Shown one piece after another: positions 23,510 to 38,231 of a DNA stretch of 64,000 bases. The translations under genes and the position numbers were made by a program. The DNA is from Eledone cirrhosa. Its lineage: Eukaryota. The notes beneath the pieces are model-generated. The model was not told the origin of the DNA. It was given only the letters and a program-made list of their open reading frames with translations, and did no database searches. Positions within the stretch are counted from its first letter, which is position 1. Every line of letters begins with the position of its first letter. The stretch is taken from NCBI GenBank assembly GCA_964016885.1, contig OZ024743.1, positions 213,156,001-213,220,000 of the forward strand. Direction: 5' to 3'.

Positions 23510-24291
23510 ACACTATAAAGTTATGTATACCTGAGGATAACCCGCATAAAAATATAGCTCTTTCTCAAATTCCACAGAGGAATAAAATGAGCAGGAAAAT
23601 ATACATAGAAACTATATGGAAACAAAATGGCGTTTCTTATTTTTTTTACTTCTCGACGCTATCGAAGATGTTTAATCGAACCTCCATATTTCTCCATATT
23701 TTCTGAAACTTTTCAATGCATTAATAAAAGTTCTTGTCGGAATACTATCGAACAAATAAATAAATAAATAATTATATTCACGAATACATATAAAAAGGAG
23801 TTTTAGAATAGTAAAATAATATAAATCAAAATACGCTTAAACTTTTCGAAAAGATAAACTGTAGCACTGAAACAACAAATCGTGTTTGATTGACTTAGTC
23901 CCCACAGATCCCACATTACAACATGTCATTTGCGTTCAGTATAATCGACTTAGCAATATGGACTTCGCTTGGAAGCTGTTTATCTTCTGACAAAGTGGCA
24001 TTCTTATATGCATCAGCGACCAACGACTAAACTACCGATATTTCTTTCTTTCTTTCTGTCTTTCATTCTTTCTTTCTTTCTTTCGTTCTTTCTTTCTTAC
24101 CTTTATATTTATTTTTCACTGTCGACTTTTCATCTCTTGCTTCCAAGATTAAGTCAAGTAATGTCATTACTTTATGAAACCTGTCACGAACAATGTTTCG
24201 ATAGAAATTTTCATCAAAATGTAGTTATTTTGTAAATTCCACCAGGATACCACTTGATAATACATACATGCATACATACATACATACATAC

Positions 24292-24905
24292 ATGGTGGCT
24301 GCCAACTCGTTTTCGAGTACGACCACTACTTTATATCCATGTAGGAGAACCCCTACCGATGCGCTGAACGAGTGTGACTTTTTAGTCCAGCCAGCGACTT
24401 GAAAACTCTGGTACAAACACTACACTTGTGACAACTATTGACACATAGTGTTGGGCCCATGGTACCATGTGACGACAAGTGCGGAGAGATCTCCAGATAT
24501 AAAGCAATGCCTGTGCCGTGAAGCTTTTATAGTGAGCAAAGGCACTGCACAAAGCCAGTCCCACTCTCTTAACCAAGATGATATTTACCAAAAAGAAGAA
24601 CTAGTCAACATCATTGGATACCATCAGGGTTGCAGGTGTTATATCAGAGTTTTCCTTCTCCTAGAATTCTGCCTTGACAAAGGCTAAGGGGTCATCTCTC
24701 CCAGTGATTTTGGATGGCCATTGACACTTAAGAGCTCCTTTGCCCTTTGACAGGTTTTGTTTTTAGTCCTGCAGGATGTCCAAAGTCACCCTCCTCACCA
24801 AGAAACCTTGATGGGGTTGCCAGTTTAGTCGCCAACGACCCGACCATGAGACAGGTTGTACTGGGATACATGTTACCAGTAGCACCAACTGGTGCTACTG
24901 GTAAC
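24292..24905 (-). mobile_element. Bipartite non-autonomous RTE element, copy 2
   Basis: Collinear and highly similar to 1122-1728. Flanked by (CATA)n on both sides. Confidence 0.7.
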
Positions 24906-24959
24906 ATACATACATACATACATACATACATACATACATACATACATACATACATACAT

Positions 24960-25565
24960 GATGATGGCTGCCCCCTCGTTATCGAGTATGGCCATTGCAC
25001 GATATAACATTATTAATAATTATTAATTAATTCTATCGTGCAATGCCTGTGCGTGAAGATATTTTTTAAAGTGAGGAAAGATTGTGCACTGAGCCAATCA
25101 CACTCTCTGAGCGACAGTAGCTATAACCCGAAAAGAAGAAAAGATCAACATCATCGGTAACTACTGAGCCGCAGGTTTTATATCGGAGTTATCCCAGTTT
25201 CCTGAGTTGCCTTCTAGAAGAATGCCCTGACAAAGACTAGGGGTCCTTCACTCCCAGTGGTTTAACCGCGCTATCAGGTGTTCAGCCCGACTATTTCTAT
25301 GTCCCCGCGCATATACATACACATGCGCCCATGTATATATATGTGTATATACATATGTACATATTTACACACTTTCGGATGGCCGTTGACTCTTATGAGT
25401 TCTTCCGCCCTTCGTCAGGTTTTGTTTTTTGTCCTGCAGGGTGTCCAAAATCACCCTCCGCACGAAGTAAACTTGGTGGGGTTGCCGGTTTAGTCGCCGA
25501 CGACCCGACCATGCGACAGGTTGTACTGGGTTACATGTTACCAGTAGCACTCAAGAGTGACCCGA
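24960..25565 (-). mobile_element. Diverged relative of the bipartite RTE element
   Basis: Shares the 5' segment (GTAACATGTAACCCAGTACAACCTGTC...) and the 3' stem-loop CTCG-ATAA-CGAG. Flanked by CATA repeats. Confidence 0.55.
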
Positions 25566-26032
25566 CATTCATACATATATGCATGCATACATACATATAT
25601 ATACGTACATACATATATACATGTATGCATACATATATGCATGCAAACTGATCCTTCGAATTACAGCTGCAATTCATTTTTGCCAGATAAGTGGACTGGA
25701 GCAACGTGAAATAAAGTGTATTGTTCAAGGACACTGCGCGGCGCTAGGAATCGTGCTCATGACTTTATGAACGCGGTCCAAATACTTTAAGCAAAAGACA
25801 TACACATATACATTCATGATACGAAGGGCCGGCGATTTGGGCTGTTGGTTCTAGATGGACCCCAGCGAAATATATATATCATGGATATATAAATAAACTT
25901 ATACACTACTGCATATGGACTTCGCCGTACTATTTATACATATCGTTGTGTGCTTCATTTTATCTGCATCACCACTGACCGAATAAAATGTGGATTGCAC
26001 AACTCTGATCGGTTAACTCCCTTTCAAAATTT

Positions 26033-26107
<75 letters not shown>

Positions 26108-26175
26108 GTATACTGTACTAAAAGTTTGGTAGAAATATCCAAGGGCACTCATTTCACAGACGAGTTTTGTATAAA

Positions 26176-26335
26176 TAATTACAACAGTGACAAACAGGTA
26201 CTTATGTTTCGCTGGGTTCTAGAACCTAACTCATTCAGCCTGTCATTTTTCTTTTTCTTATGACAGGCTGAATGAGTTGGGGTCCAGAACCCACCGAACC
26301 TTAAGTACATGTTTATGTCACTGTTGTAATTATAT
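26176..26335. repeat. Fold-back inverted repeat; each arm is an HHR-like motif
   Basis: Arms of ~75 bp around a T-rich spacer. Consensus GACAGG-CTGAATGA-stem II (GTTAGGTTC/GAACCCAGC)-GAAAC-ATAA..TTAT-GTC-ACTGTT. Confidence 0.7.
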
Positions 26336-28280
26336 ATATATATAATTTTATCATTTTACAGATTTCAGTCATTCGACTATTGACATTTTTGGCGCCATGC
26401 TCGACCTTTGGTCACTTCCTTAATAAGCATTTTTCTCGTATATTAAAAAAACAAAAAGCAAAAACAAAAAACAAAAATCCACCATCCTTCCTGGCAGATA
26501 CAGACAAATTGACCATTCAGAACATAAAGAACCACAACGAATATTTCAACCTATTTTGTCCAACGCTCTGACAGTTCCGCCAATCTATCACCCTAGAAAG
26601 GTCCTCTATTTATTGACCATGGAAGAATGAAGAGCAAAGAACTATTAAACTCAAAACAACCAAAACAAAATAGCATATTATTAAATGCCTGAAGGGCGAA
26701 AAGACTCATTAGAGCGTTAGATAAAATACCACCTTGCGGTATTTACATCAACTCTTTGTGCTTTTAGGTCATATCCTACCAAAGTCAACTTTACTTTGTG
26801 CAGGAGTCAATTCTCTTCCCTTTTGCTCTCCATTTTTCTTTCTCATTCATACTCCCTGTCACCCCCTGTCACTCCCTTTTTGGGAATCGGCTATTTTATG
26901 GCGGGAGATGGGTTGTGAGGGATCTCTCATGGCATTTATTTCTACCTCCCACTTCCACCATTTGTGCGTCACTCTACTGTTTCTGAACTGGCTGATAGAG
27001 GTAAAAATATAATATAGTTTTCTATCATATACATAATGCCACATATCTAAGGTTGAATACAACCGACTAAATTAACTTACATTACTGTTATTCTACTCAA
27101 CGTGGCGAATTGGCAGAGATATTGGATAGTTGGGTAGAGTACTTGCGGTATTTGTTTTGAGTTAAAATCCTACCTTGTCCAAATTTGTTTGAACGTCGAT
27201 ATCTCTTCTGGAATATTTCTGAGTTTTTTTTTTAAATAAGGAGAGAAAGAAGTGGAAGAGGTGTATTCGAGACTCGGCTAACGGTGATAGACATCTAATA
27301 TCGAACGAAGAGACAGGAAGTTGGTTGTACTAATAAATATGCCGAGCGGGTTCGCTGCAAGAACAGCGACAAACATAAACACAGAAAAAAATGTTAATGT
27401 TATATACTTCATCTTTCGAAGGTTATAAGACAAAATTAGCTTTGGCAAAATAAGGGAATGTAACCAAAATTCCTTTTACCAACCACTCTACCAGCTTTTG
27501 ACAATTGATTGATAACAAACTAATGATTTATTACTATAACATAATGCCAAACGTTTTGGGAAGAGCACATTCAGATAAATCGAAACCATTTTCTGAACGC
27601 CGAGACTTGAACTCAGATTGTAAAAAGGCGTAATTGAATATCACACGGTACGTATTTGGTTCAACATACTACCGTTCTTACCCACCCCTCCATTTGTAGA
27701 AAAAAAACTTTCCAGAATCAATTGAAAGAAATGACTTGCCACCTAAAATTTAAGACAGGACAAAAAAATCTAACTAAACATGATAAGGTAAAAAAGAGAA
27801 AAGTTTATTTTTTTGTCCACCTAGCTCGAGTTTGTCTGCACAAATGAAGGATATCAAATGAAGGATATGAAATAACGAGGAAAACTGAAGAGTAAAGAAA
27901 CAAGTTTATGATACTCTAGAAATAGCATCAATGTTAAAAAAAAAAGAAAGTTAAAAAACAAGCAGCAGAGAGATAAAAATGTCAAATGCAACTGATATAA
28001 ATCAACTAATTTATGCAACAGCCCGTGTAATAATGGAAGAAGCCGGCATTGAAATCAATGAATGAAAACACGAGAAAACAAACAATTCAAGCAAACAAAG
28101 AAAAAAAGAAGAAAAATAGATAAAAAAGAACAACCTCCAATTCAATAGGAACAAGACGTTCTTTTTCTCCTCCTCACCCACGGACCCCACTAACACGCAC
28201 AAACAAGACGTACAAGAAAGAAAGAAAGAGAGAGAGAGAAGAGAGAGAGGGGAGAGGGATATATATATATATATGTATAT

Positions 28281-28316
<36 letters not shown>

Positions 28317-28726
28317 AAGATATTTGCCAAGTGAATAAAGCAATCCAAGTAAAATAAAATATTCGGAGAAGATAAAGAATGTCTATATAATAAAACTATT
28401 AAAAGTAGGAAGGAATCTTCTAACAAAAGACGAAAAACTCGAATTTCGAAGAAACATCTAAAAACATGTAAAAACAACAAAATATACAAAGAAAGATACA
28501 AGAGAAAACCAAAGAAATATACAAGAAAACCAAACGAAATCTAACAACCATGGCCAAGAAACAATGTCCATAAAGCAAACGACCTAATCAAAAAGAAAAG
28601 AGAACTAAAAAAAGACTCCGCAATATTCGTTATATGGTGTAACACAGACATGTTTAAATGTCATAAAGGAGAAGGTGAAGCAAGGTCGGGGGGCGGGGGA
28701 TTTGTAGAGACAGACGAGGAAAGGAT

Positions 28727-28801
28727 GATAGTGATAACGATGATGATGATGATGATGATGATGGGGATGATGATGATGGTGGTGGTGATGGTGATGATGA
28801 C

Positions 28802-28832
<31 letters not shown>

Positions 28833-29225
28833 GTGACGACGATAATGATGATGATGGTGGTGACGACGATGATGATGATGTTGGTGATGATGATGAGGAC
28901 AAAGACGATGACAATGATGATAAGGATGATGATAATGATGATAATGATGATGTTCGTCATGATGACGTTGATAATGATAATAATGTTGATGATCATATTG
29001 ATAATGATGATGAGGAAGAGGAAGAAGATAATGATGATGACGATGATGACGATAAGGATGATGATGCGGATCTTATGATGAGGATAATCATGACAATGAC
29101 GATAACGATGAAGAGGTTAATGACTGACGACGATGATGATGATGACGACGATAACGATGCTACTGCCGCTGCTGATGATGATAACGATGATGATAATGAG
29201 AAGGATGGTAATGCCGATTATGATG
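28727..29225. repeat. Degenerate (GAT)n trinucleotide tract
   Basis: Directly visible. Confidence 0.9.
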
Positions 29226-29316
29226 AGGTTGAACCTCATGTCGACGTTGATTGGACAGACCAACGATGACAGTCATTTTCTAATATAGTCATATATGTGG
29301 TTGATATTTAAATATA

Positions 29317-30162
<846 letters not shown>

Positions 30163-30254
30163 TATTTTGAACTACTAACTATATTCACAACTATCTGAAT
30201 CGGAATCAAATTGATCTGATGTATCAGTATTTGCGGGAACATCTTATTTATGTA

Positions 30255-30410
30255 GGATGCGAATTGGCAGAGTTGTTTGAACGTCGGATAGAATACTTTG
30301 TTGTATTCGTTTTGGCCCTCTGCTCTTTGAGATTAAATCCCGCCAAGGTCAAATTTGTCTTTCATCCATTCAAGGTCGATAAAAAGTACCAGTCTAGTAC
30401 TGGGGCCGAT
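30255..30410 (+). mobile_element. Decayed Meta-like SINE
   Basis: AAATCCCGCCAAGGTC...TTTCATCC...GTCGATAAAAAGTACCAG. Confidence 0.6.
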
Positions 30411-30976
30411 TCTCCCTCTGTTCTGTGTCTCTTCCTCACTTCCATTCTCACTTTCTATGCTTGGAAGAAATCTGCTGTGTTCAGACCTGGAAAGAAGATG
30501 GGCTCAGCCAGGTTGAAAAGGCCATAGAAACGCCATATGTTAATACGGCTCTCCTACGACCCTCTCAAGAGTTACGGGATCAAGAACAAGAATTGTTTAA
30601 ATAATTTCGTATTTTCTAGAATCTTTAAGCTAGACAGTATATGGCATATCAAATAGATGAATTATTTACAGAATATCTAAATAACGCGTTAGGAAAGTTA
30701 CAATTTGAGTAAACAGAAATACAAAAGCAATTGATGATATCCTTCGAAATCATTGATAAAAATAATTTCAATTTCCTAGTTCAGTAGTTTCTAAGATAAC
30801 AGGGGGAGACCCAGGCAATCAGTGAATTACAAAAGAGTGGGGTCTAATTATTTAGTAGTGGTAGTTTTAGTAGTAGTTTTAGTAGTAATAGTAATAGTAG
30901 TAGATTTAGCAATAGTAATTGTGGCAGTAATAGTAGTATTAGTAGTATTAGCAACAACAGCATCAGCAGCAGTATC

Positions 30977-31031
<55 letters not shown>

Positions 31032-31160
31032 GTAGTAGTAGTAGTAGTAGAAATAGTAGTAGTAGTGTTTAGGTCTACATTATATAACAGATACTGTACT
31101 TACCTTACAGACAATGTGTATAGTTCTACATTATATAACAGATAGTGTACTTATCTAACA

Positions 31161-32065
31161 CTAGCATTAAAGCTCGGCGTTGCTCGGGGTCATTAAGTTA
31201 CCAAAGTTAGGTTGCACCACCCATTTTATGGCAGCACTTTTTTGTCTGCCAGGCACTAGGTGAATGAATTGCAGACCTGGAAGCAGGAGCTGCGCCAGCA
31301 GTGACAATTGTAGTTTCGCCTATGGATATTATCTCTGTGCAAAAAAGTGTTGAAATTTATTGTTTCACAGTACTTGCGCAACACGCGCGTAGACGATGCC
31401 AGCCGAACAACAGAGCTGCGATGGAGTTGTTCTGCATGATTGTCTGTGTGTTTTCTAAATTTAAGACAGTAGGGAGGGTTGTGATATGAGGGAGAGTTAG
31501 CTGTTGTTTCTAGCAGGTTTAGTGACCTCATAGAGGATATGTGTTTTCTAAATTTAAGACAGTAGGGAGTGGTGTGATATGGGGGAGAGTTAGCTTCTGT
31601 TTCTAGCAGGTTTAGTGATCTCATAGAGGATATGTGTTTTCTAAATTTAAGACAGTAGGGAGTGGTGTGGGGAGGGGTGTGATATGGGGGAGAGTTAGCT
31701 GCTGTTTCTAGCAGGTTTAGTAACCTCATAGAGGATATGTGTTTTCTAAATTTAAGACAGTAGGGAGTGGTGTGAACGGACAGTATCACCATCAAGCTTG
31801 GAAAGAGAAAGTAGCAGAAAGTATGAAGTTGTATAGATTTTGAATGGTAGTAGAAAGAGTTCATCAGTTTAAATGAGAGAAATAAATCGTAAAATATTGA
31901 GTTTTATCTATTTTTTGCGTAATTGTGGGTGAAATTGAAAAAATTATCTCCGTCAAGACGCAATCGAAACTATTTCGAATACTGGATTGTAAATTTCAAT
32001 TGAAGAAATTCTATATCGTAGATTTCTATAACGAAGGAGCATGACCACACACTGAGCTTTATAGA
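31161..32065 (-). mobile_element. Non-autonomous Helitron/HINE-like element inside the satellite
   Basis: Minus strand begins A|TCTATAAAG and ends with a subterminal GC-rich imperfect hairpin and CTAG|T. Inserted at an AT in a satellite unit. Confidence 0.55.
31447..31774. repeat. 93-bp tandem repeat (3.4 copies) inside the Helitron-like element
   Basis: Units start at 31447, 31540, 31633 and 31738; the third unit has a 12-bp insertion. Confidence 0.9.
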
Positions 32066-33737
32066 TTATAATATATAATGTCTAGCTCTACATTATATAA
32101 CATGTACTGTACTTACCTTACATATATAATGTCTAGCTCTACATTATATAACATGTACTGTACTTACCTAACATATATAATGTAGAGCTCTACATTATAT
32201 AACAGCTACTGTACTTACCTAACATATATAATGTAGAGCTCTACATTATATAACATGTACTGTACTTATCTTACATATATAATGTCTAGCTCTACATTAT
32301 ATAACATGTACTGTACTTATCTTACATATATAATGTCTAGCTCTACATTATATAACATGTACTGTACTTACCTTACATATATAATGTCTAGTTCTACATT
32401 ATATAACATGTACTGTACTTATCTAACATATATAATGTCTAGCTCTACATTATATAACAGCTACTGTACTTACCTAACATATATAATGTAGAGCTCTACA
32501 TTATATAACATGTACTGTAATTATCTTATATAATGTCTAGCTCTACATTATATAACATGTACTGTACTTATCTTACATTTATAATGTCTAGCTCTACATT
32601 ATATAACATGTACTGTACTTACCTTACATATATAATGTCTAGTTCTACATTATATAACATGTACTGTACTTATCTAACATATATAATGTCTAGCTCTACA
32701 TTATATAACAGCTAGTGTACTTACCTAACATATATAATGTAGAGCTCTACATTATATAACATGTACTGTACTTACCTTACACATATAATGTCTAGGTCTA
32801 CATTATATAACATGTACTGTACTTACCTTACATTATAATGTCTAGCTCTACATTATATAACATTTACTGTACTTATCCAACATATATAATGTTTAGCTAT
32901 ACATTATATAACATGTACTGTACTTATCTAACATATATAATGTATAGCTCTACATTATATATCATGTACTGTACTTATCTTACATATATAATGTCTAGCT
33001 CTACATTATATAACATGTACTGTACTTATCTTACATATATAATGTCTAGCACTACATTATATAACATGTAGTGTATTTATCTAACATATATAATGTTTAG
33101 CTCTACATTATATAACATGTACTGTACTTACCTAACATATATAATGTATAGCTCTACATTATATAACATGTACTGTACTTACCTTACATATATAATGTCT
33201 AGGTCTACATTATATAACATGTACTGTACTTACCTAACATATATAATGTAGAGCTCTACATTATATAACATGTACTGTACTTACCTTACATATATAATGT
33301 CTAGTTCTACATTATATATCATGTACTGTACTTATCTAACATATATAATGTCTAGCTCTACATTATATAACAGCTACTGTACTTATCTTACATATATAAT
33401 GTATATCTCTGCATTATATAACATGTACTGTACTTACCTTACATATATAATGTATAGCTCTGCATTATATAACATGTACTGTACTTACCTTACATATATA
33501 ATGTATAGCTCTACATTATATAACATGTACTGTACTTATCTAACATATATAATGTCTAGCTCTACATTATATAACATGTACTGTACTTACCTTACATATA
33601 TAATGTATAGCTCTACATTATATAACAGCTACTGTACTTATCTTACATATATAATGTATAGCTCTACATTATATAACATATACTGTACTTATCTTACATA
33701 TATAATGTATAGCTCTACATTATATAACATGTACTGT

Positions 33738-33924
33738 GATGGTGGTGAATTGGCAGTATCGGTAGAGGGTCGGACGCCATGCTTTCCAACATAGTTACGT
33801 CCCTTTACGATCTGAGTTCAAATCCCGCCGAGGTTGACTTTGCCTTTCATCCTTACGGGGTCGATAAAATAAAGTACCAGTAATGCACTGGATAATTGCT
33901 GGCCTTGTGCCTAAAGTATAAACA
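33738..33924 (+). mobile_element. Meta-like SINE inserted in the satellite with a 19-bp target-site duplication
   Basis: ATTATATAACATGTACTGT at 33719-33737 and 33925-33943. Confidence 0.85.
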
Positions 33925-35248
33925 ATTATATAACATGTACTGTACTTATCTTACATATATAATGTATAGCTCTACATTATATAACATCTACTGCACTTAT
34001 CTTATATATAATGTATAGCTCTACATTATATAACAGCTACTGTACTTATCTTACATATATAATGTATAGCTCTACATTATATAACATGTACTGTACTTAT
34101 CTTACATATATAATGTACCTAGGTCTACATTATATAACAGCTACTGTACTTATCTTACATATATAATGTATGGCTCTACATTATATAACATGTACTGTAC
34201 TTAATTACACATAATGTTTAGATCTACATTATATAACATATATTGTACTTACCTTACATATATAATGTCTAGGTCTACATTATATAACATATACTGTACT
34301 TACCTTAAGACACAATGTGTCTAGTATAACATATACTTACATTTCTACATTATGCAACATATATACTTACCTTGATTGTCTTTAAATTTAAGAGTTGAGG
34401 GAGAAACTTAGCTGCTATTTTTTGCAGAGGTTTCTTTGTTGTCTTGATTTCGTAGTTAGATGTGGGTGTGAAGTAGTAGCTACATAACCAAGGATACTGG
34501 AGAACAAATTTATTCACCTGGAGATATAAATATACAGAAACGACAATGTTTATTTTTGTGAGTTCCAATAGTTGTGTTTTTATTTCTCTAAGGTAAATTG
34601 CAATTAATCGAGAATTTTTGCATCATTCAGTACAACGCGCCTTGCCTCATTTATCTCAATATTTGCTATTGGTTAGTTTTAATTATTTTCCTTCATTACA
34701 TTTTCTTAATTGTGCAAATTATTACGAGCCAAACTATTTGTAATTTTTCTTTTCAATGCGAAAGCGTTTGTCTTCTAATGAAGCAAGATGAAGTTTGATT
34801 AATTGAGGTCTTGCAGGAGCACAACATTGACTTCTAAGAAAACTAACAAAGATCAGATTTCTCCCTAACCATATAAATTAATATTTTTGTGAAATTAATT
34901 CATAAATGCTTGGAATTCTTTTCTTTAAACGTCACCAACAATTACTATTGTTTTAGTTCTACTTTCTATAACTAAAGAGCAAACTTAAATTAATGAAGAA
35001 TTTTGTGTGTAGATCATTGAGTACATTACACCTAACACAGGTTACAGAAACAATACGCTGCAACCATTCTACTGCGGTCATAAACGAGTAAATGACGCTG
35101 CCTCTACGCTGAAGCTGATTTTCCCTAGTTCAGTCCTGATTAAATATATCTATTATTAAAGCTATTCCTGCAGTAACTATCGCATGCTTTTCTGACATAG
35201 TACATCAGCGATTCGTTATCCGACGTGTCTCCTTCCTTGTTTATGTTT

Positions 35249-35373
<125 letters not shown>

Positions 35374-35762
35374 TTGGTTGCTATTTCTTACAAATTGAAT
35401 GACTACATGTATATATTTCTTTTCATTAGATTTCTCTATATATGTCTTTTATTGTAAGTGGTCAATCCTAGATATACCTGGCGAGCGCTGTTACTGGTCA
35501 GCTGTTGAGAAGCAGGATATTTTATGGTTGATGACTGGGGAAGGACTTCCATAGATCAAAGAAAATAACAATTCTAACAACATTGTCAAGAAAGCCAATA
35601 GTTCTCCTCATTAAACACCTATTGTAAACCCGTTGAAGTTATTGTATTCTTGAAGAGTGATTGTTAAAGTAAAAGAAATCTAAAAAAGTGCATGATGTAT
35701 ATGGAGAATAAAATATAGGATCGCATTATCTCGTTTTTATTGTCATTCTTTAGTTACAAGAA

Positions 35763-35975
35763 GGGTGGTTGGATTGGCAGTAGAATCAGTAGAGCGTCGG
35801 ACAACATGCTTTGCAGCATTGAGTTACGTTGTGTATTCAAATCCCGCCAAGGTTAGCTTAGCCTTTTATCCCTACGGAGTCTAAAAAATAAAGTACCAGT
35901 AACACACAGGGGTCGATTTAATCGACTTCCTCATCACCACTCAAATTGTTGGCCCTGTGACTAAATCAGAAACCA
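35763..35975 (+). mobile_element. Meta-like SINE
   Basis: Family motifs present. Confidence 0.7.
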
Positions 35976-36509
35976 TTCTTTAGCTCCAAGACAATCTAGA
36001 TAATGCAGACATATGATGAAAGTTATTTCAACTATAACCACACCCTCGCCTTTTAATCATGTGTGTATTTCGGATAATATCTACTGAGACGCTACTGTAT
36101 ATGTATTTAGTATATAGAACATTCCAGTGAGGTATTTCACTCAGCCATACTCTTGATATTTGTAGTTAGCGTCCATTGATCACACTTAGTCTTGACAACT
36201 TTGCTGAAGAGGTCCAACAAGACCAAAATATATCCGTTGCTTTCGCTCAGATCAGCATTATCTTTATAGTTCCAGCATTTCCACCAACTGTTCTTACTTA
36301 AGTTGTCTTCTTTGTCAGTTGTTTTGATTTTTAAATTTCATAGAGTATAATCTTGCCTACTAATTGCTGGGATAATCTCAGTTCATCTATATTAGACATA
36401 CGACACTCGATAGAGTGCGTAGCTAGGAGACCAGAGAGCCATTCCAGGTAGAGCCGCTACTTCTCCGAATTGAGAGATCACAGCTCCGAAACTATGGTCA
36501 TGTAGTTAA

Positions 36510-36709
36510 AAAAAGGAACGAGAAAACAATGTTTCCATTGGTCTTTCCAATTGCTAATACTATCTATCGGTCGCAACTCCAGGTAGAAGGATCAACGTGA
36601 AATAAAGTGTCTTGCTCAAGGACATAACGCATCGTCTGGTCCGGCAATCGAACTCACAATCTCACGATTGCGAATCCGATTCTCTAACCACTCAGCCACA
36701 CGCCTTCAC
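36510..36709 (-). mobile_element. CORE-type tRNA SINE
   Basis: Head GTGAAGGCGTGTGGCTGAGTGGTTAGAG on the minus strand. Matches the copies at 2490 and 58320. Confidence 0.75.
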
Positions 36710-36734
36710 ACTGTATGTAGGTAAGGAACACAGC

Positions 36735-36951
36735 AATGGTTTCTTATATAGGCACAAGTCCAGCAATTTTTGGGGAGGAGAAATTCGATTAAATCAACCC
36801 CAGTGCGTGACTGGTACTTTATTTTATCGACCCCGTGAGGATGAAAGGCAAAGTTAACCTCGGCGGGATTTGAACTCAGATCATAAAGGGCCATAACTCT
36901 ATGCCACAAAGCATGGCGTCCGACTCTCTACCGATACTGCCAATCCACCGC
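36735..36951 (-). mobile_element. Meta-like SINE
   Basis: Family motifs present. Confidence 0.8.
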
Positions 36952-37859
36952 TTAAGGAACACAGCAATGATGACGATGTAGATGATGATAATGATGATGA
37001 TGGTGATAATGATGATAATGATAATGATAATTATGATGATGAAGATGTTAATGTGAATGTTGATGATGACAAGAATGACGATGACAGCGACGATGGCCAT
37101 GATATTATTGATGACGATGATGATGACGATGATGATGACGATGATGACGATAATGATGACAATGATGACAATTGATTTTCTGATACGATATGTTATAGAA
37201 GATTTTCAGAAAATAATCAAGTTAAAAGAGGACTATTTTTTTAAATTTAAAATTTAGCCTAACATGAACTTCCACTAGATCAAGATAACATTGAGCAGAT
37301 TTAGAGCCATATTGATTATGGTATGAAACGACACCCCACACCCACCCCCACTAAAAATGCAGAGATAATGGAAAGGAAGAAATGTTTTAGAAATCTTGGC
37401 AGCATCGATCGAATATTCTTTAACTCTGCGTCCATTTCTTCTTCTTTTTCTTCTTCTTCTTCTTCTTCTTTTTCTTTTTCTTTTTGCTATTTGTATGTAC
37501 AGACGTGTTATTATAAGCTCCGGTAAGTTCCTTGTTTTCTCACATTTAAACCATGGTGTGATATAATTTGTTTGTTACAAAGTGGACATAAAGCATCTGT
37601 CTTGGCCTTGAAGAATGAAGACCCCTTAATATTTGGACCAAAGGCCCAAATATTCGAACTTTACAATTGTAATTTACGCCCACCAGTTTTTTTTTGTAAA
37701 AATGGAGGCGAAGCCGCCTTCATATCCAGCAGCAAGAAAATCATGTCACGTGCAAAAGCCCCGGACAGGAATTCACAGGTTGACAATAGTGTCAATACCA
37801 CAAACATAGACATCCCTAACAATGTCATCGTCACCACAACCACCACCACCACCACCGAA

Positions 37860-38000
37860 TGCTGAAGCTGATGCATTACTGCAACAGATCCTGCAATTCG
37901 TGAACACGGCCTTGAGATATTTGAACTTGTCCACCTGCTTCAGTAGATCTCCATTCACATGTAGAGTGTACTGCGTAATCGTCATTGTGGTGTTAGGCAT
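37860..38000 (-). pseudogene. RTE-like LINE RT/thumb fragment
   Basis: YTLHVNGDLLKQVDKFKYLKAVF...ASASAF resembles the conserved LEQVxxFKYLG...A(S)xAF region. Confidence 0.5.
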
Positions 38001-38231
38001 GGTCCCTAAACGTCTTACGTCTTTTATCAAAAGCCTTGGTATTCCCGACTTCATAGGCAGGGCCCAACATTTTACCATCACTAGCACTGCCAGAATCCTG
38101 CGCGATATATTGAACCTCTGAGATCAGGGACTGATCTGAGGCCAATTAACATGCTTCACCTAGCAACATATTGCTAGAGAAACCTTACAAAAAGGGGAAA
38201 AAAGATTATTATTATTATTATTATTATTAAA

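Larger units (their letters stand above)
31072..34325. repeat. 51-bp tandem satellite with an internal palindrome, interrupted by two insertions
   Basis: Unit TCTACATTATATAACATGTACTGTACTTACCTTACATATATAATGTCTAGC, roughly 40 copies. Variant units contain the perfect palindrome TATATAATGTAGAG|CTCTACATTATATA. Confidence 0.95.

Noticed and set aside
28650-29269. Met/Asp/Ser-rich ORFs
   Set aside because: Translations of a degenerate (GAT)n tract.
32075-34325. CRISPR-like appearance (palindromic repeats at a regular period) and the repeat ORF 33270-33794
   Set aside because: Intervening sequences are near-identical rather than unique spacers, there are no cas genes, and the context is eukaryotic. 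The ORF arises because the unit is 51 bp.
36197-36240. HHR-like CTGAAGA-GGTC/GACC-AAAA
   Set aside because: G12 is lost and stem I is weak. Counted only as a possible remnant, not annotated as a feature.
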